From: Tubiluchus corallicola
Lineage: Eukaryota; Animalia; Priapulida
Assembly: GCA_030141605.1 (NCBI GenBank)
Contig: JAQGDQ010000040.1
Span: 248,001-312,000, forward strand
Length of the DNA: 64,000 nucleotides
Reading direction: 5' to 3'
Part shown: in pieces, positions 13,869 to 27,150 of the stretch
How positions within the stretch are numbered: the stretch's first letter is position 1
Layout of the letters: every line of letters begins with the position of its first letter
Notes under the pieces: model-generated
The model's input: the letters and a program-made list of their open reading frames with translations, nothing else
Database searches by the model: none
What the model was told of the DNA's origin: nothing
Program-made: the position numbers and the translations under genes

Positions 13869-16386
13869 AATTATTTTGATCTTCTTTACCTAAAGAAGTA
13901 AAAATGTTGTAAATTTAATCCACGTGTCCATGCAGTCCCTGAAAACAAACTTACGAAATGTAATAAAGTAATGAGTATTTTAAATTTGGGTCTTAAATCG
14001 TTAAATTGATTCGATCTGACGCATCATTAAAATAGTCAATTTTTCCAATAATACTTATAAGATAAAGGTTTACAATGAAACAAAAGCAGTTCCTAGAATA
14101 CATATTAGCTGCGTTACACATTTCCCGCAATAGGAGAAATTAGTATAATACCTCTATAATTATTTAAATGTACAAACCTCGGGCTAATCAGAGCAATAGA
14201 TTAACAACCATGAAGCAGCCATGTTCCACATTAAACATTCCTCAGTTTATACTCAGCTCAGCACATTCAGGCAGGATGCATCTACCACACGTGTTAGGTT
14301 ACAAAAGACTGGCATGTATTTCAGGCGTACATGATAACATTACCATGCCTTTTTCATGTGTCATGTACATATAGCTTAATTACATAAATTCAAAATAAAG
14401 CAGAATAACATCGTTATGTTGGTTGATCGTTTTACGCAGGATACTGCTTCATTGCTGGAAATTAATAGCTGCTGACGCGTTTCCGCTTGACTGTTTGTCT
14501 GTAGTTTACGCCTTCCCCCAGTTTCACTTTCGAGAATCAAGATATTCAAAGCTTCGTTTTAGCTCAGCAGTGAAGCCGGTTAGTCGTACTATGCCAAAAT
14601 CTACCACTTACTCAACAGCTTGTTATGTAATTCGTTGGTAATAGTTAATATATAGAATAATGATATATAGATTAGTTAATATTATAGTTAATACATAATT
14701 ATTATTTGTTATTTATTACTTTACTACGATGCACCACCCACCGCTGGTGAAGACCCGCCAGCATTACAATAGATTTCAACGCATATAGTAGCTTTTGACT
14801 TTTGAGGCACCCTAGATCATAGCTGACATAGTTGTAGCTGCATTGTCCTAGCTGTAAAATGATGTAGCTGTATTACTTATTGTTTAATGTCTTACTCTGA
14901 TCCAGAAAGGTGTTCACGTAAGGTGAGTCTAAAAGGTGATATTGCGTTTATCTGATAAGGTTTATAGACTTACGTGATAACGCAGCTATGTGCTTTATGT
15001 TAAGCAAAATACTAGCATTTCAAAATAATACTCATGTACTTTCACGATGGCACCGCTGCCCTATTCGTCTCACAATGATACGTAGGCCTGCAGCCACTTT
15101 TATCTGTATTTGCGACTTTTACGCAATCGTCGGATGAAACGGCTGATTACATCATTAGAAATGGATAACCACATTCATCTGTCTTAACTGGTTACGAATG
15201 CTCGCCCCCTTTTCATAGTATCGTATGTAATCAATTACCGAATGCTAATGCATTAATGCAAATAGTATCAATAATAGTGTACCTACCTATAAAGTACGCA
15301 GTGTTAGAATTTAGGACAGGTGGCTTATATTTTAACGTTTGTTGTGAAATGTTACTTCGTGAAAAGTTTTTGTATAATTATGACGTCATAATTGTGAAAT
15401 CTAACAATAAATTCTAAAGAAATTTTAGTGAACATTTAAAGGTATAGTTTTCAGACATTACGTAAAAAATACGAAATGCCATATAAAACTATTGTCCATC
15501 AAACCCACAGTCATGTAAACTCAGAAACTACTGAAACTTATCTGGAAAAGTTACAATTCAAAAACAACAACTGGTAAATAGTTACGTGTAGGCTGAAGTG
15601 CAGGAACGAGTTAGAGGACGAATGTCTCAGAAACAGCACGCTAAATTTACTGAAATATTCGTACGTGATAGTTTACATGTTATCATATCGACAGAGGTTA
15701 TCTTGAAAGCTCTCGCCTGTTGGTGGATTTAAATTAAGTGAGTCTTGCAAGCATTGTCAACGAGTAACTAGTGACACGTTCACAAGTATCCGGTTGCAGT
15801 GCTGCCACTTCTGCGGTTGCGCGTTTCATCCGGTGACACAGCATACTTTTCAGTATATACTTTAGCTTACGTGCGAAAGACAATATGCTACAAAGAACTA
15901 CTTCAACATCTTGCAACTGTTAAGCAAACAGAAAGTGTTCAGGTTGGCCAAAATTATATTATATATTGAACATATCTATTGAACATCATTACAATTAAGG
16001 GTACACACTTGTTGTTCAGTAGCCAGCAAAAATGTTGGTTTGACTTGCAAACTACCTGGCCAAATCAGTGGCAACATTTTGCAGTATTATCATGAACGTG
16101 TTAACTGCCGAATCGTTAAATAAATGTTGAACCACATGTATCATATCCATCGCACGATCAGAATCTACATGCGTAACTTCTGAACTTCAACATTAAATTT
16201 CGTACAGTAACACAAAAATGACAACATATTTTTGCTAGAGCAACAAGAAAACAGTAAAGCTGATCAATTGCCGAAGGTGTTCTCCTGACGATGAATGAGA
16301 GGGGACATGCTATATAAAAATATGACAAAAATGAAGAAGAAGCAGTAAACCAGAGGTAAAAATTACTATAAGAAGCCAAGGGAACG

Positions 16387-17838
16387 ATGAGAAGAAGCAC
16401 ACAGCACGAAATAATAAGTCTGAAATATCAACGCGGCATTAAGCAAAGAGAAAAGGAATTTTTGAAATTTATGAGGGCGCAGTCGCATCGATCAACAACA
16501 AGAAACATCAAAGAAAGGGAAGATGTTTCACCAGACTCATGTGAGAAAACAAAACAAGCAGCACAACGAGAAAAACCATTAATCAGAAAAACGGGGAAAA
16601 AAGAAAAATATACAAGTGCCACAGTAAAGAAAAAAAGTGGCAATAAGAGAAAAAGCCGGGGTACAAGTAGAATGACAGAAACAGAAGAGAGAGTTGATAC
16701 AGCAAAATCGAAAGAACATGAATTTCGCCGTCTGCAGGTAAAGGAGATGAGAAATTACATTAAGATGTTTAAAAAGAGTAAAGCAAAGTTATTTAGTGAG
16801 TGTGTAAATATGGCGGAAGAGCTGCTGTTGCAGGAAGCGAGTGCAGCCAGGGAATCAGTGACAATACTGAGTGAATACGATCGACGTGAGGATATTAAGA
16901 ATGTCGCAGAAGCAATTTTTGACCATCGACATAAATCCGAATTAAAAGAGTTGAAAAGCGTGGAAGATAATATTGCGCAGCAGATAAACAAAGAACGTCA
17001 AGAAATGGAAGAACTAGAAGAAAAAATAAAGACAGTGTACTGTGATATCCGCGAGGCAAAGATGCACCATGATACAGGTAATTGGGATTTAGAAACTTTG
17101 ACCAAAGCGATGGAAGAAAAACTGTCCATAGGAAAGCAACTGCACAATCATCAAGAAAGAGCATTTATAAAAGTTATTGACCAACAACGAAAGAAAATGA
17201 TGAATAACACATGCAGCATTGTAGACAAATTAGCCGAAGATGCAAAAACCAATATATTACAAAATAAAGACAAGAGAGATTTTTTTTTACTACTGAATAA
17301 GTTAACAAAACGAAACCGCCGTTTGGTAAAAGAGATAAATATCTGCAGTGAGGTAGTATGCGAATTGTCCAAAAAGGTTCAAATTTTGCAACAACATCAC
17401 GACCAACTGACAAGGCAACTTGAGCAAAAACAGCAACACAAAAAGTCTCATACGATGAGGCTGAATTGCCCTTCTGAACAGTCTGATCGTAAGACAAAAC
17501 CCGACTGCATCTTTCATTCCAGTGAGGTCCAGAATCAACAACAAGAACGTCAAATGGACATATTACTATTAGAAGGCGCGCTTCAACAAAAACACTTTAA
17601 GAACATCCAGATACAGGTTGCTGATTCAGATTCATGGCATATCTCGCCGCCTCACAGAGTTGTTGATAGCTATACTATGACAACATCAAAAGATGAAATT
17701 ACACCAGCGCAGAGTTATTGTTCAGAGGACAATGCTGATGATCTTGGAAAAAGAAACGATGAAGATCAGTTACAAGAAGAGAAAGATGAAAGTGAGGTGA
17801 TATTAAACATCCCCAGATTCGAAAAATTTCGTTTTTAA
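16387..17838 (+). CDS. 483-aa coiled-coil protein, probable divergent C20orf96 (DUF4618)-like, single exon
   Basis: 1452-nt uninterrupted ORF in AT-rich DNA with a basic N-terminus and a long heptad-rich E/K/Q region. The C-terminal EVILNIPRFEKFRF resembles the recalled C20orf96 terminus (DVILNIPxxExLPF). The family call is from memory. Confidence 0.72.
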   Translation: MRRSTQHEIISLKYQRGIKQREKEFLKFMRAQSHRSTTRNIKEREDVSPDSCEKTKQAAQREKPLIRKTGKKEKYTSATVKKKSGNKRKSRGTSRMTETEERVDTAKSKEHEFRRLQVKEMRNYIKMFKKSKAKLFSECVNMAEELLLQEASAARESVTILSEYDRREDIKNVAEAIFDHRHKSELKELKSVEDNIAQQINKERQEMEELEEKIKTVYCDIREAKMHHDTGNWDLETLTKAMEEKLSIGKQLHNHQERAFIKVIDQQRKKMMNNTCSIVDKLAEDAKTNILQNKDKRDFFLLLNKLTKRNRRLVKEINICSEVVCELSKKVQILQQHHDQLTRQLEQKQQHKKSHTMRLNCPSEQSDRKTKPDCIFHSSEVQNQQQERQMDILLLEGALQQKHFKNIQIQVADSDSWHISPPHRVVDSYTMTTSKDEITPAQSYCSEDNADDLGKRNDEDQLQEEKDESEVILNIPRFEKFRF

Positions 17839-18399
17839 CCCAAAATCAGAACAGTTTTTGCAATATTAACCTTGTTTACGATCTTAAAAATCGACAAACA
17901 GCCTTTGAAAAGGTGTTATATAAAACAGCCTAACTGTATAGTCTCCAATATGAAGTACGCTCACTTATCTAACTAATGTATACCGATATTTAAGTGCTAA
18001 TGTTCACCTGAATTATAGTTTACCAAAGAAATTTCGTAGACAATACACGCATGTATTCAGGTACGTACATGTTCGCGTTTGTTTGATCGCATTTTACGTG
18101 CATCAATGTTAAAACTTCACCAGGTTTAAAATTATCTAACTCCTAAACAGTACACTCTACCTTTATAAATCGACTATGCGACTTTACATGATATTTTGCA
18201 CCCCCACATCTGGGCTGGTGTATGTGGTACCTTAGCTTGTTACTTTTTAACTCACTTGACAGATAGCAATTGTCGTTCTGGTTGGGTCAGATTAAAGTCG
18301 CTCTTGCATTTAATTCCTTTGTTTATCGAAGGTCAGTTGCTACTTTAAACTGACAGTTTACAACATTCAGTTTATCGCTTCTTCTATGAAAGATGTATT

Positions 18400-18975
18400 C
18401 AGGACTTCATCACTAATTCCTAAGCGACAACAGTCGAATCTATTCAGATAAGAATTTTTCAAGCCACGTTACACTTGAATGGGACTCTCTGGCCCCCTTC
18501 CTACAAGTCTACTCAGTCTTAATTGAGTACCTGGCCATGTATTCTGTTTCTCCGCGAAGAAATCTTATTTCTCTGGACATGTATTCATTGTTTCACCTTT
18601 CTATTGCAGCCCTAGGTATGGCGATAGTGATTTTTCCTAGTATAAGTGCAATACTGAAATGAGCTTTTGTAAAGGGGCGGGGGTCAGTTTGCCACCAAAA
18701 TCCACGGTTTGCCACAGAGCCTCCCTGTATACTAGAAAATGCTTTGGAAAGTCCACAAAGTAATTATGTATTTCTTGCAATGTGATGATTTGATTTGGGC
18801 ATGAACGTATAAGCCAAAATCCAGCTTGGTCCCTCTATATATAGTATCAAATGCTATGGAAAAATCCACAATGCAAATACGTATTGCCCGGCGCGTGAAA
18901 TCTATTTTGCTCCTTCTTAAGCAGTTGTCAACAGCGCTCTTTATTCTGTGCTGTGCCATGTTCAAATGTGTGTAC
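18400..18975 (-). mobile_element. Decayed RTE-like non-LTR retrotransposon fragment
   Basis: HRIKSAVDNCLRRSKIDF...ICIVDFSIAFDTIYRG resembles the RT motifs NRI...LRxxQxGF and FxDFSKAFDxIxR. It is internally deleted and the boundaries are approximate. Confidence 0.55.
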
Positions 18976-19969
18976 ATGGCGAATGAATCAGTATTTTTTA
19001 AAACTATGCATATAAAACAATACAAAATACAAAACAATATAAAACAATATAACGAATGAAACACGCAAGAGCGGAAATCGAAACTGCTTACCCTTAACTT
19101 CGGTCGTCAAGCATAACACTGTGTTACCGCTCAGCCAGATTGCTCCGATGCCGTAACTAAATATCCTACCAGTTTGCATTGGATTTTCTGTTTTTTGACT
19201 TTTCCACTAATGTAAAATTAGTTTGTTGTTTAGTTTTGTTTCGTGTTTTGTGCGTTAAGCCTACACTCTTTACGTACATTACAAACTATTGCAAAGGCTA
19301 CGGTTCCTGTATTTGGTCTAAATATTTTAAAAACGTCTGCTAATTAGTTCGTTGTAAAGAGTACGTTAGAGTAGACTATTGTACAAAGAGTACAATAGAA
19401 GATTAAGCAATTGATTGATTACAGAGACTGACTGAGTGCGCGTTGACTAGATGCGATTCAGACTTGCTGTAGCCATGTGAGTTGATTTCTTATTACCAGT
19501 TTGACATAACTGTGAGGTCGTTTTAAGTGACGTCATAAAGGCTTCTCCGTTGCTTGTATAGCAACATGTTTTTGGTAACCATTCTTGGCATTGATATGAT
19601 TTGCAAACTTTTGTGTTGCAAGAAGCACAGGATACGATTCATCTATGTCATAGATAACGGTAATAGAATTTAAGATTTACTGTAGAAGTGACTAGTGACT
19701 AAAGCCCCGCCAGTTTGTACATTCCAGTTGGTAACAGGCAGGAGCACCATAGACGTTTTATTAACGTCCCACAAACTGGTAAGAAGAATAAGCCGTCAAT
19801 GGGTAAACGAAGAAAACGAATTCTTCTGGGGTGCACCATTAATGGGTCATTACCCCAGTCATTAGCAGACTGCTTATCTCTAACAGTCCAGGTGTCAAGC
19901 ACGACAGACGATCAGTTTTCGATTTTAAAGGAAGTGATTGGACATTGTGGACTGTGCGTTTAGAACAAA

Positions 19970-22463
19970 AAGTGTAGCAACATGCAGATGGTATAACACA
20001 GTTAACTGCAAACAATGAACTGGCTACACTCTGGGATCTTATCAAAAACAATTAATAACGGAAACAAATAATGATGTGCTCGCACGCAAGATGCTATGTG
20101 ATTTTAGTAAACCTTTCTGGACAGCGGAGCTTACGCGACTATCTAAGAACCTTAGACTGTGCAGATCTACCTACCAGCGTCACTCTACATTACAGAATCT
20201 GGTTGAATATACAGAGAGCAAAGAACAATTTAATAATGAGTTAAGCGCAGCGGTCGATAATTAGGTACGAGTTAAAACTGAAAATTTAAATGGCAAGCAG
20301 CACAACTCTTTCTGGAAGACATAGGAAAGTCTTTAATAATAGACAACCAATCACAGTAGATAGTCTCATACACAACGGACACATTATCATGCAAGACGAG
20401 ATGAGATGTGAAATCTTCTACCGCACCTTGTTCAGCGGTGATCATCTTGCCAACAAACAATTTAATGAGGACCATAAAACACAAATCGAAAACGAACTGA
20501 GGCGAATACAAAGAGAGTAAGTAGCAAATTCTTGGCTAAGCAGTCCTTTCACATTAATCGAGCTAGAACAAGCAATCGTACAAACAATAGAAACCGGCAA
20601 GTCAGTGGATGCGGATGGTTTGCACCCCAAAATGATAAAGTATTTGGGATTAAATGCTAGACATACAATGCTAAAAATTGCTAACCTGTGTCTGAAATTA
20701 GGGTCGTGACCGTTAAATAGTTCTAAAGTCATTTTAACGAGGAAGGAAAATAAAACGTCATACAACAATCCTAGCAGCTACTGAGCAATAACAATTTCGT
20801 CCTACTTCGAAAAATTAATGGAAAAACTCATTGAACGTCGGTTAAGAAGATTCTTTGAGCAACGAAATTGACTAGATATCGAACAGGAAGGCTTTATACC
20901 TAAGCACAATACCACTCGATATTTGGTGAGACTATTATCTCACATTGAGAACGACCTAGTCAAAAATCGTTTTAATATATCCTTGTGTTGCGATTACGAA
21001 AAAGCATTTGATAGTGTGTGGCATGACGGTATGCTGTATAAGCTACATACTGGTGGAGTTACAGGCGAATTGTTCACCTTACTTTTGGACTTCATAAGGA
21101 ATAGGAGAGTAAGAATAAAATCGACTCTAACCTATCAAATGAATACTACTGCAGTGTACGACTGCCCCAGGGATCTGTGCTATCACCTCTTCTATTCATA
21201 TTTTATGTAGCGGATATGTACACAAATATGCCATCCAACGTAGAAAAATTTAAGTATGCAGAAATGTAAGGTACGTTGTACATTAGTGAGACTTCGCAAG
21301 ATGCTTGTTATTTAAAGGCACAAACGTGCTGTGATGCTTTACACGACCGGTTCAAAAATGGCGTTTAAAGATAAACACTCAACCTGACAAGACCGAAGCG
21401 ATACTAATAGGAAACTGGTTACCCTGTCCGACGAATTTGAATATCGGGGGTAATGATTTAAATTATGTGACTAAAAGTAAAATTCTCGGGTTAACTATTG
21501 ACAAAAAACTGTCGTTTGAAAGTCTTGTAAATGCAACTCGCAGAAAGGTGTGGTCGCGTTGGTTATCGGTGAAGAAAAACTGCAGAAAATACACAGGACT
21601 TAGATTACCGACCATAGTTTTTCTATACAAAACACTCATCTTGCCCATAATATTGTACGCATCATCAGCTTGGTTGCCACAAAAATACTCAGACTTCGAT
21701 GATATCACGTATGACGTCATGAAAACAGCGACTGGTTCTATCTTATTCCCGGCGATAGAAATTCTAGAACAAATTTGCGGACTGCCAGCTATCGATCTTA
21801 CCGCTAAAATTATAGGAATAAAGTTTTTCTTAAAGGTTCTAAGTGGTAGTGCTAATGACATTCTCAGAAAACACACTACAGAAAAAATGTGTAGTGTAGC
21901 ATCAACCCCACAGTACCGGAAGCATCTACTTCGGCTACATATGAGCAACGCACAAGAGTTCTTGAAAGTCACCAATATTCGCTCCGAACGTGTGGCAGAG
22001 TTACATCACAGCGTGTTTCACTACCGTCAAAATGATATTCAATCCTATTTAAATATGAAATGTAGTAAAAAAACAAAAAACTAATTCTTATCTACGTGGG
22101 GAAACTACAGCCAATTTGTCGCATAAAAATTTAGATCAGACTCTTACTTTAAAAGTTGGAAAATCCGAATGAGGAGTAGAAGTAGGAGCAGTGAGGTTAT
22201 TGACTGGACAGGGAAGTTTCAATGAATTGATGAGTCATATTGGATTTGCTGGAGATGAGCTTTGTGAATGTGGCATGGAAGCCCAGAATCCAAAACATTT
22301 GATATACCGATGTCCTCGAGTCGACGCAAATAGGCGAAATGTACTGCTAAACGAATTGGGAAATGAGAACTTAAATCTTGTATGTTGCACCAAAAATGAA
22401 AATTTAATATCGGCACTAACCTACTTTGTAAAGGATCCTTTTATTTTAAGATCCTGCTGTTAA
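19970..22463 (+). mobile_element. Decayed non-LTR retrotransposon ORF2 (I/Jockey-group-like) with reverse transcriptase and C-terminal CCHC knuckle
   Basis: Across frameshifts and stops: KPFWTAEL, PFTLIELEQAI, KSVDADGLHPKMIK, EQEGFIPKHNT, DYEKAFDSVWHDGMLYKL, PQGSVLSPLLFIFYVADM, FKYAE (degenerate YADD), KILGLTIDKKLSF, LYKTLILPIILYASSAW, RLLTGQG and CECG...HLIYRCP. Confidence 0.9.
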
Positions 22464-23169
22464 TTTTTAGTAAAATAGTGATTAAATTTGTGTAGTTCTT
22501 GAAATTACTGATTGTAACTCTTGTGGATTTAAATATTGAATTGGAATTTAATAATTTGGTGTATTAATTTATCTGCATTTTTATGTTACCTCACAGGAAA
22601 CTTGCTGCATTAATAACCTTGATTATAGCACGCACTTCAATACTTCTTATTTAATATCACTGTAAATAATGTTATACCCACAAATTAAAAAAGCTAATTA
22701 CAGAATCCGTAAATGTAATATTGTAGAATTCACTCTGTCTAGTGTCCATGTAAAATTGTATAATGTTTGTACGGAAATTTTTGCCTGCAAAAAGAGGCTA
22801 ATAAAGACTTATCATCATCGTCATGACGTGTTTAGTGACGCCATAAACATTTTTTACACGTCATAGGAGTAAGACGTCTAGCAACAAAATCTTCGTAACA
22901 GTTCACATTCAGCAGACGGTTGAAGAAACTCATGTAAAATGGCTGAAGTTCTAAAGTTAAGAGAAATGGCTGCAGGTACGTAAATATCACGAAATCTTCC
23001 TTAAATTCTCTCATTGTACCATGGCCAGAAAGGCAGAAACATCATTTTATCATGTTATTTCATTATTCTAATGGGAACAAGAAAACATTGACTAGAAGTG
23101 TGACTACTGAATATGACGAGTTCCATGATTCCATCACTCAGCGCGATGGCAAACGCTTAGTAGGTAGTT

Positions 23170-23460
23170 CCTTCTCTATCAGCCAAACACTTTTCTCTCG
23201 TTATATTGTCTGTCACTCTCTCTTACTCCCTTTCTTTGATCTTTTCCCTCTCTTTCTCTATTTGCAATGTCCCAACCTGTCGACCTCTTAGCCAACTCAC
23301 TTTTGTCTGTCACTGTCTCCTCCTCTTTCTGTTATCCCTTCTCTGTTTTTCAATTCCTTCTCTATTTGCAAGCTGTTCACCTGTCGACCAAACACTCTTT
23401 CTCATACTTTTCAACTATATTTTTTTCTTTCCCTCGATTTTTTCCCTTTTATCTCCCGCC
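23170..23460. repeat. CT-rich low-complexity tract
   Basis: Pyrimidine-rich stretch with the duplicated motif accaaacactctttctc/gccaaacacttttctctc and cctgtcgacc. Confidence 0.55.
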
Positions 23461-23754
23461 AAATAAACCTCGCTGCGGTCATATTTAAAAGAAATGACGT
23501 AAATTAATGGACAGCCCGAAGGCTCGCGTAAGTTGTCTATTGAAGTCCATTCTAATTGTTTAAATATCTGTGTTTAAATGTATTTATATGTAAAAATTAG
23601 GTTTCGTATCAATTAGGAACAAGTTAAATATAAACTTTGTTTTATATTTAAAGCATGTTACAGAATGACTATTTAGATTTCTAGGATGTTTTTGTTTCTT
23701 GCTTCTTCAAAGTTTCATTCCATCTATTGCAGACATTGAGGCATTAACATTTAG

Positions 23755-24510
23755 TAGAGTATTCCACCCACTTCTATCTGCAGCTAACCGCCTAAGTTCT
23801 TCTACTCCTAAAGATAGATTTGGTTGAAGGTGTAAAACATCTTTATTTATCTTAGCTATCCAAGTTGTTTTTGGTGTGCAAAGTGGTTTTTTGCAAAAGT
23901 GGTTTTTTGCAAGGTTTTAAAGCGATGCTTACTGGGGCTTCACTCGGTAATCTTAGGAGATGACCTAGCCATCTTAATCTTCGGATCTTCACTTTTGAAC
24001 TCCAATGAATTTCTTTCATTATAGCGTATAAATCTTCATTTTTGATTATTTATGCCCATCTTATCTTTAGAACTTTTCTAAGAAGACTTCTATGAAATGG
24101 GTCAATCTGCTTTTCTTGAGTAATCGTTAAACCTCATGTTTCACTGTTGTACATAAAGATGCTGGTAACGTAAGCATTAAATAATCGAAGTCATATGTTA
24201 AAACTTAATTTCTTGCTTGTTTATACATTCTTGTGTTGAAGAAAAGCATGTATTGCTTGTTGCATTTTACTTCTAACATCATCTTCGGTGTTTGGTAAAG
24301 TGCCCATATACTTGCACTTTTTCCAACAGTGAGTACCATCTGTAGTTAAAAACAACACAACTTTATTAAAAACGTTTACAGTTGCGTTGTTTTTAACTAC
24401 AAAAGTTTTTATGTGCCTGTAATAAAATTGGCTTTGATTACCATATCTTGCAATAATATATTCTTCTGTTTTTGACTGGTTTACTTGAAGATTTCTTTTC
24501 TCTAGGAAAT
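23755..24510 (-). mobile_element. Decayed RTE-clade LINE 3' fragment
   Basis: The minus strand gives WKKCKYMGT...LRLFNAYVTSIFMYNSET*...RKVLKIRW...NEDLY...RRLRWLGHLLRLPSEAP...PKTTW...LAADRSGW, the typical RTE post-RT region, with stops. Confidence 0.85.
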
Positions 24511-24799
24511 AAAGGGGAAAATCCCTTTTACGTACGTTTTTGTTTACATATGTTTATAATTATCATTAGTTTACCTATGTAGTAGATTTATAGAGATCTA
24601 ATGAATAAGTATTGCATATAATTATTATTAGCGCTTGTTACGTACACAAAGTATAATATGTGTTTCACACACAAAAAGAAACAAATATAAACAATACAAA
24701 AGGACAAATAATTAGACTACTATTACAGTAACAAAAAAAGATAATTAGCAGGTTAATACATATGTTAAAATATCTTTGATTTCCGGATTACTAAAACCA

Positions 24800-27150
24800 G
24801 GTAATTGACTAGTATTAAATAGTAATTCATTTGCTATCGATAAATTGACATGGTCGTTCTCAGAAAGAAAAGGTAACCGTTTTTTACCTTACTGCAAGCC
24901 TCCCTTGGTGAATTAAAAATAATATTATAAAAATTGCTAGTAGGGCGTCAATTAAAACCCAGAGGTGATGACAAATTATCTGTGGCATAATTCGTAATAG
25001 TTTTAAAAACGGTATTAGGCAACATTATACATTTTCATTGTATTTCACAAATCTACAGTGTAGAGACGCTGCAAACAAACACATGTCAATAATAAAAGGC
25101 TAAAATCTAGTATGTGTCATATTGGATAAGTGCCAAACACCGCCTGACTGTAATATAAAACTTGTATTCAACCTTTCCAAAGTAGAGCTATTTAGTTTCC
25201 ATAAACAACAGCTAGTGAAACTACAACATTGCATTTTTCAACTGATAAATCTGAGATTACATGATTAGCTTTACATATAAAATCAATTCTTTTGGAATTT
25301 ATATCGTCATCATCTTCCAATCTAGAGTTAATAATGTGGCCTAAATGATTAACTTTAGTTAGCCATTTTAAGGGCCTACCATCAAGTATTATGTTAGGAT
25401 AAGTTACATTACTTTTACGTTTAGAGAATAAAATACAGTAACTTTTCATCTTGTTGCTGGTGTTTACACAATTAATGTTAAATTCTCTGCCATATTCTTC
25501 GCATATATTTAACATTCTTTGCACGGCAGCGACACTAGGTGCCAGTAAAAGTTGTCATTTGCGTAGGCTAATGCACCGGTAAATAGACTACCAACGTAAC
25601 AGCCAATATTAGCGTGTTGAAGTCTTATTAACAAACCATCTAAATACGCATTGCAAAAAGAAAGTTGGAGATAAAATAACTTCTTGTAGAACCCCATTAT
25701 ATTGACCTTAAGATTTCATGACTTAATACCGTTCCACATGACACAAGCTTCTTGCTCAGGGTACATAGCAAACAGAAGCTTCACAATTTCGGCAGGTAAG
25801 TTCCGTATTATAGGCAAGTTTAACAATTTACTATATTCTACTTTATCAAGTGTTTTCGAAGCATCTATTAGTGAACAGAACATATCGAACCATGACTCAT
25901 TTAATACGACACAGTTTTCCTTAAAATAAATGTACACACTGTAGTAGATATAGCTTTCCCATGTATCCGAATTGTAGATCAGACGTCATGAGCTTGTCAC
26001 TGTATTTTAGCAAAATAATTAAGTCAAGTAATTTACTGATTGCAGAAGTTAAAGAAATGTCTCTATAATTAGCTTTATCTGCTGGCACGTTTTATCTTTC
26101 ACAATTGGAATAATAGTTGCAAGAAAAAGATTTTTTGGAACAATGCTATGTCTTAACGTGCAGTTATATATAATATGGTAAGATGCACAAAAAATTCACG
26201 AATAGCATTTAATATATGATCAAATATCAATCCAGCAGAGCCGCCTGTTTTTCTACGTTTGAGATTATTCAGCGTGGATAAAGTATCATCAGTATTTATA
26301 ATCGGATTAGTGTGCCTATGTTCAAGCTTAAAGATTTTATTAATAATTTGATGCTTAATGTTGTTGTTTGACCGTACGCTGTTGTACAAAGCAGAATATT
26401 CGTTTGCAAATAAATTTGCAATATCATTTGCGTTATCAGCCTCATCAACACAAGAACTTCAAGTGTCAGATTTGACATTTCCTTTCATTTTATTTAACTC
26501 CGTATAGAAATTTCGAGTTTTATTTTGAATTGTGCACTCAATCATTCGTGCATTTCTGATTTCAGTTTCATGCTTCTTTACGTAACGAATGGCGTAATGG
26601 TATTTTGCTCTGGTTCTGCGCATAATGTTAGCCACTATGTCATCATGGGGAGAACCACAGGAATCCCAAATGCCTTTCCAAAATATGGCTGCATTTCTCG
26701 CAGGTGTGATATGTTCCTTCCAACCTGAAATAACATTGCTATCTCGTTTTGAAGCGACAAAATGTATACAGTTTATCCCCGCTTGCAAACACACAGTCAC
26801 AATGCGACTAAAAAAACCAGAAATTTCTGATTTATGCTTAAAAACATTGGCATGGTGAGTAAACTTAGAAGTGCTTTAAGCTGAATTTGGTAATTATAAA
26901 TATCAAGCACACTAGCTTTGTAGCACACTGGCTTGTGGGAGAACACTCTGTCACTTTGCGACATTTTGCATAAATCACAATTGACATTTAAATGAATACT
27001 TGAATAATCAAACAAATTAGAACCACCGTGATTCACCCACATTCTGTTAGTACAATCGTAGAGAAAACGTGTTACTAACATATGATCAATGCAACTTTTA
27101 TCTAACCAAAATAAATTCAAATACGTGTAATTAACAGAAAAATTCATATG
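24800..27150 (-). mobile_element. Decayed CR1/L2(Daphne)-group LINE ORF2 (endonuclease C-terminus + RT)
   Basis: SCIDHMLV (APE endonuclease end), ISGWKEHITPARNAAIFWKGIW...IMRRTRAKYHYAIR, LIDASKTLDKV, GALAYANDN (YADD), MLNICEEYG and HLGHII; many frameshifts. Confidence 0.88.

Noticed and set aside
16428-17553. Antisense ORFs over the coiled-coil gene
   Set aside because: Shadow ORFs of an A-rich coding strand
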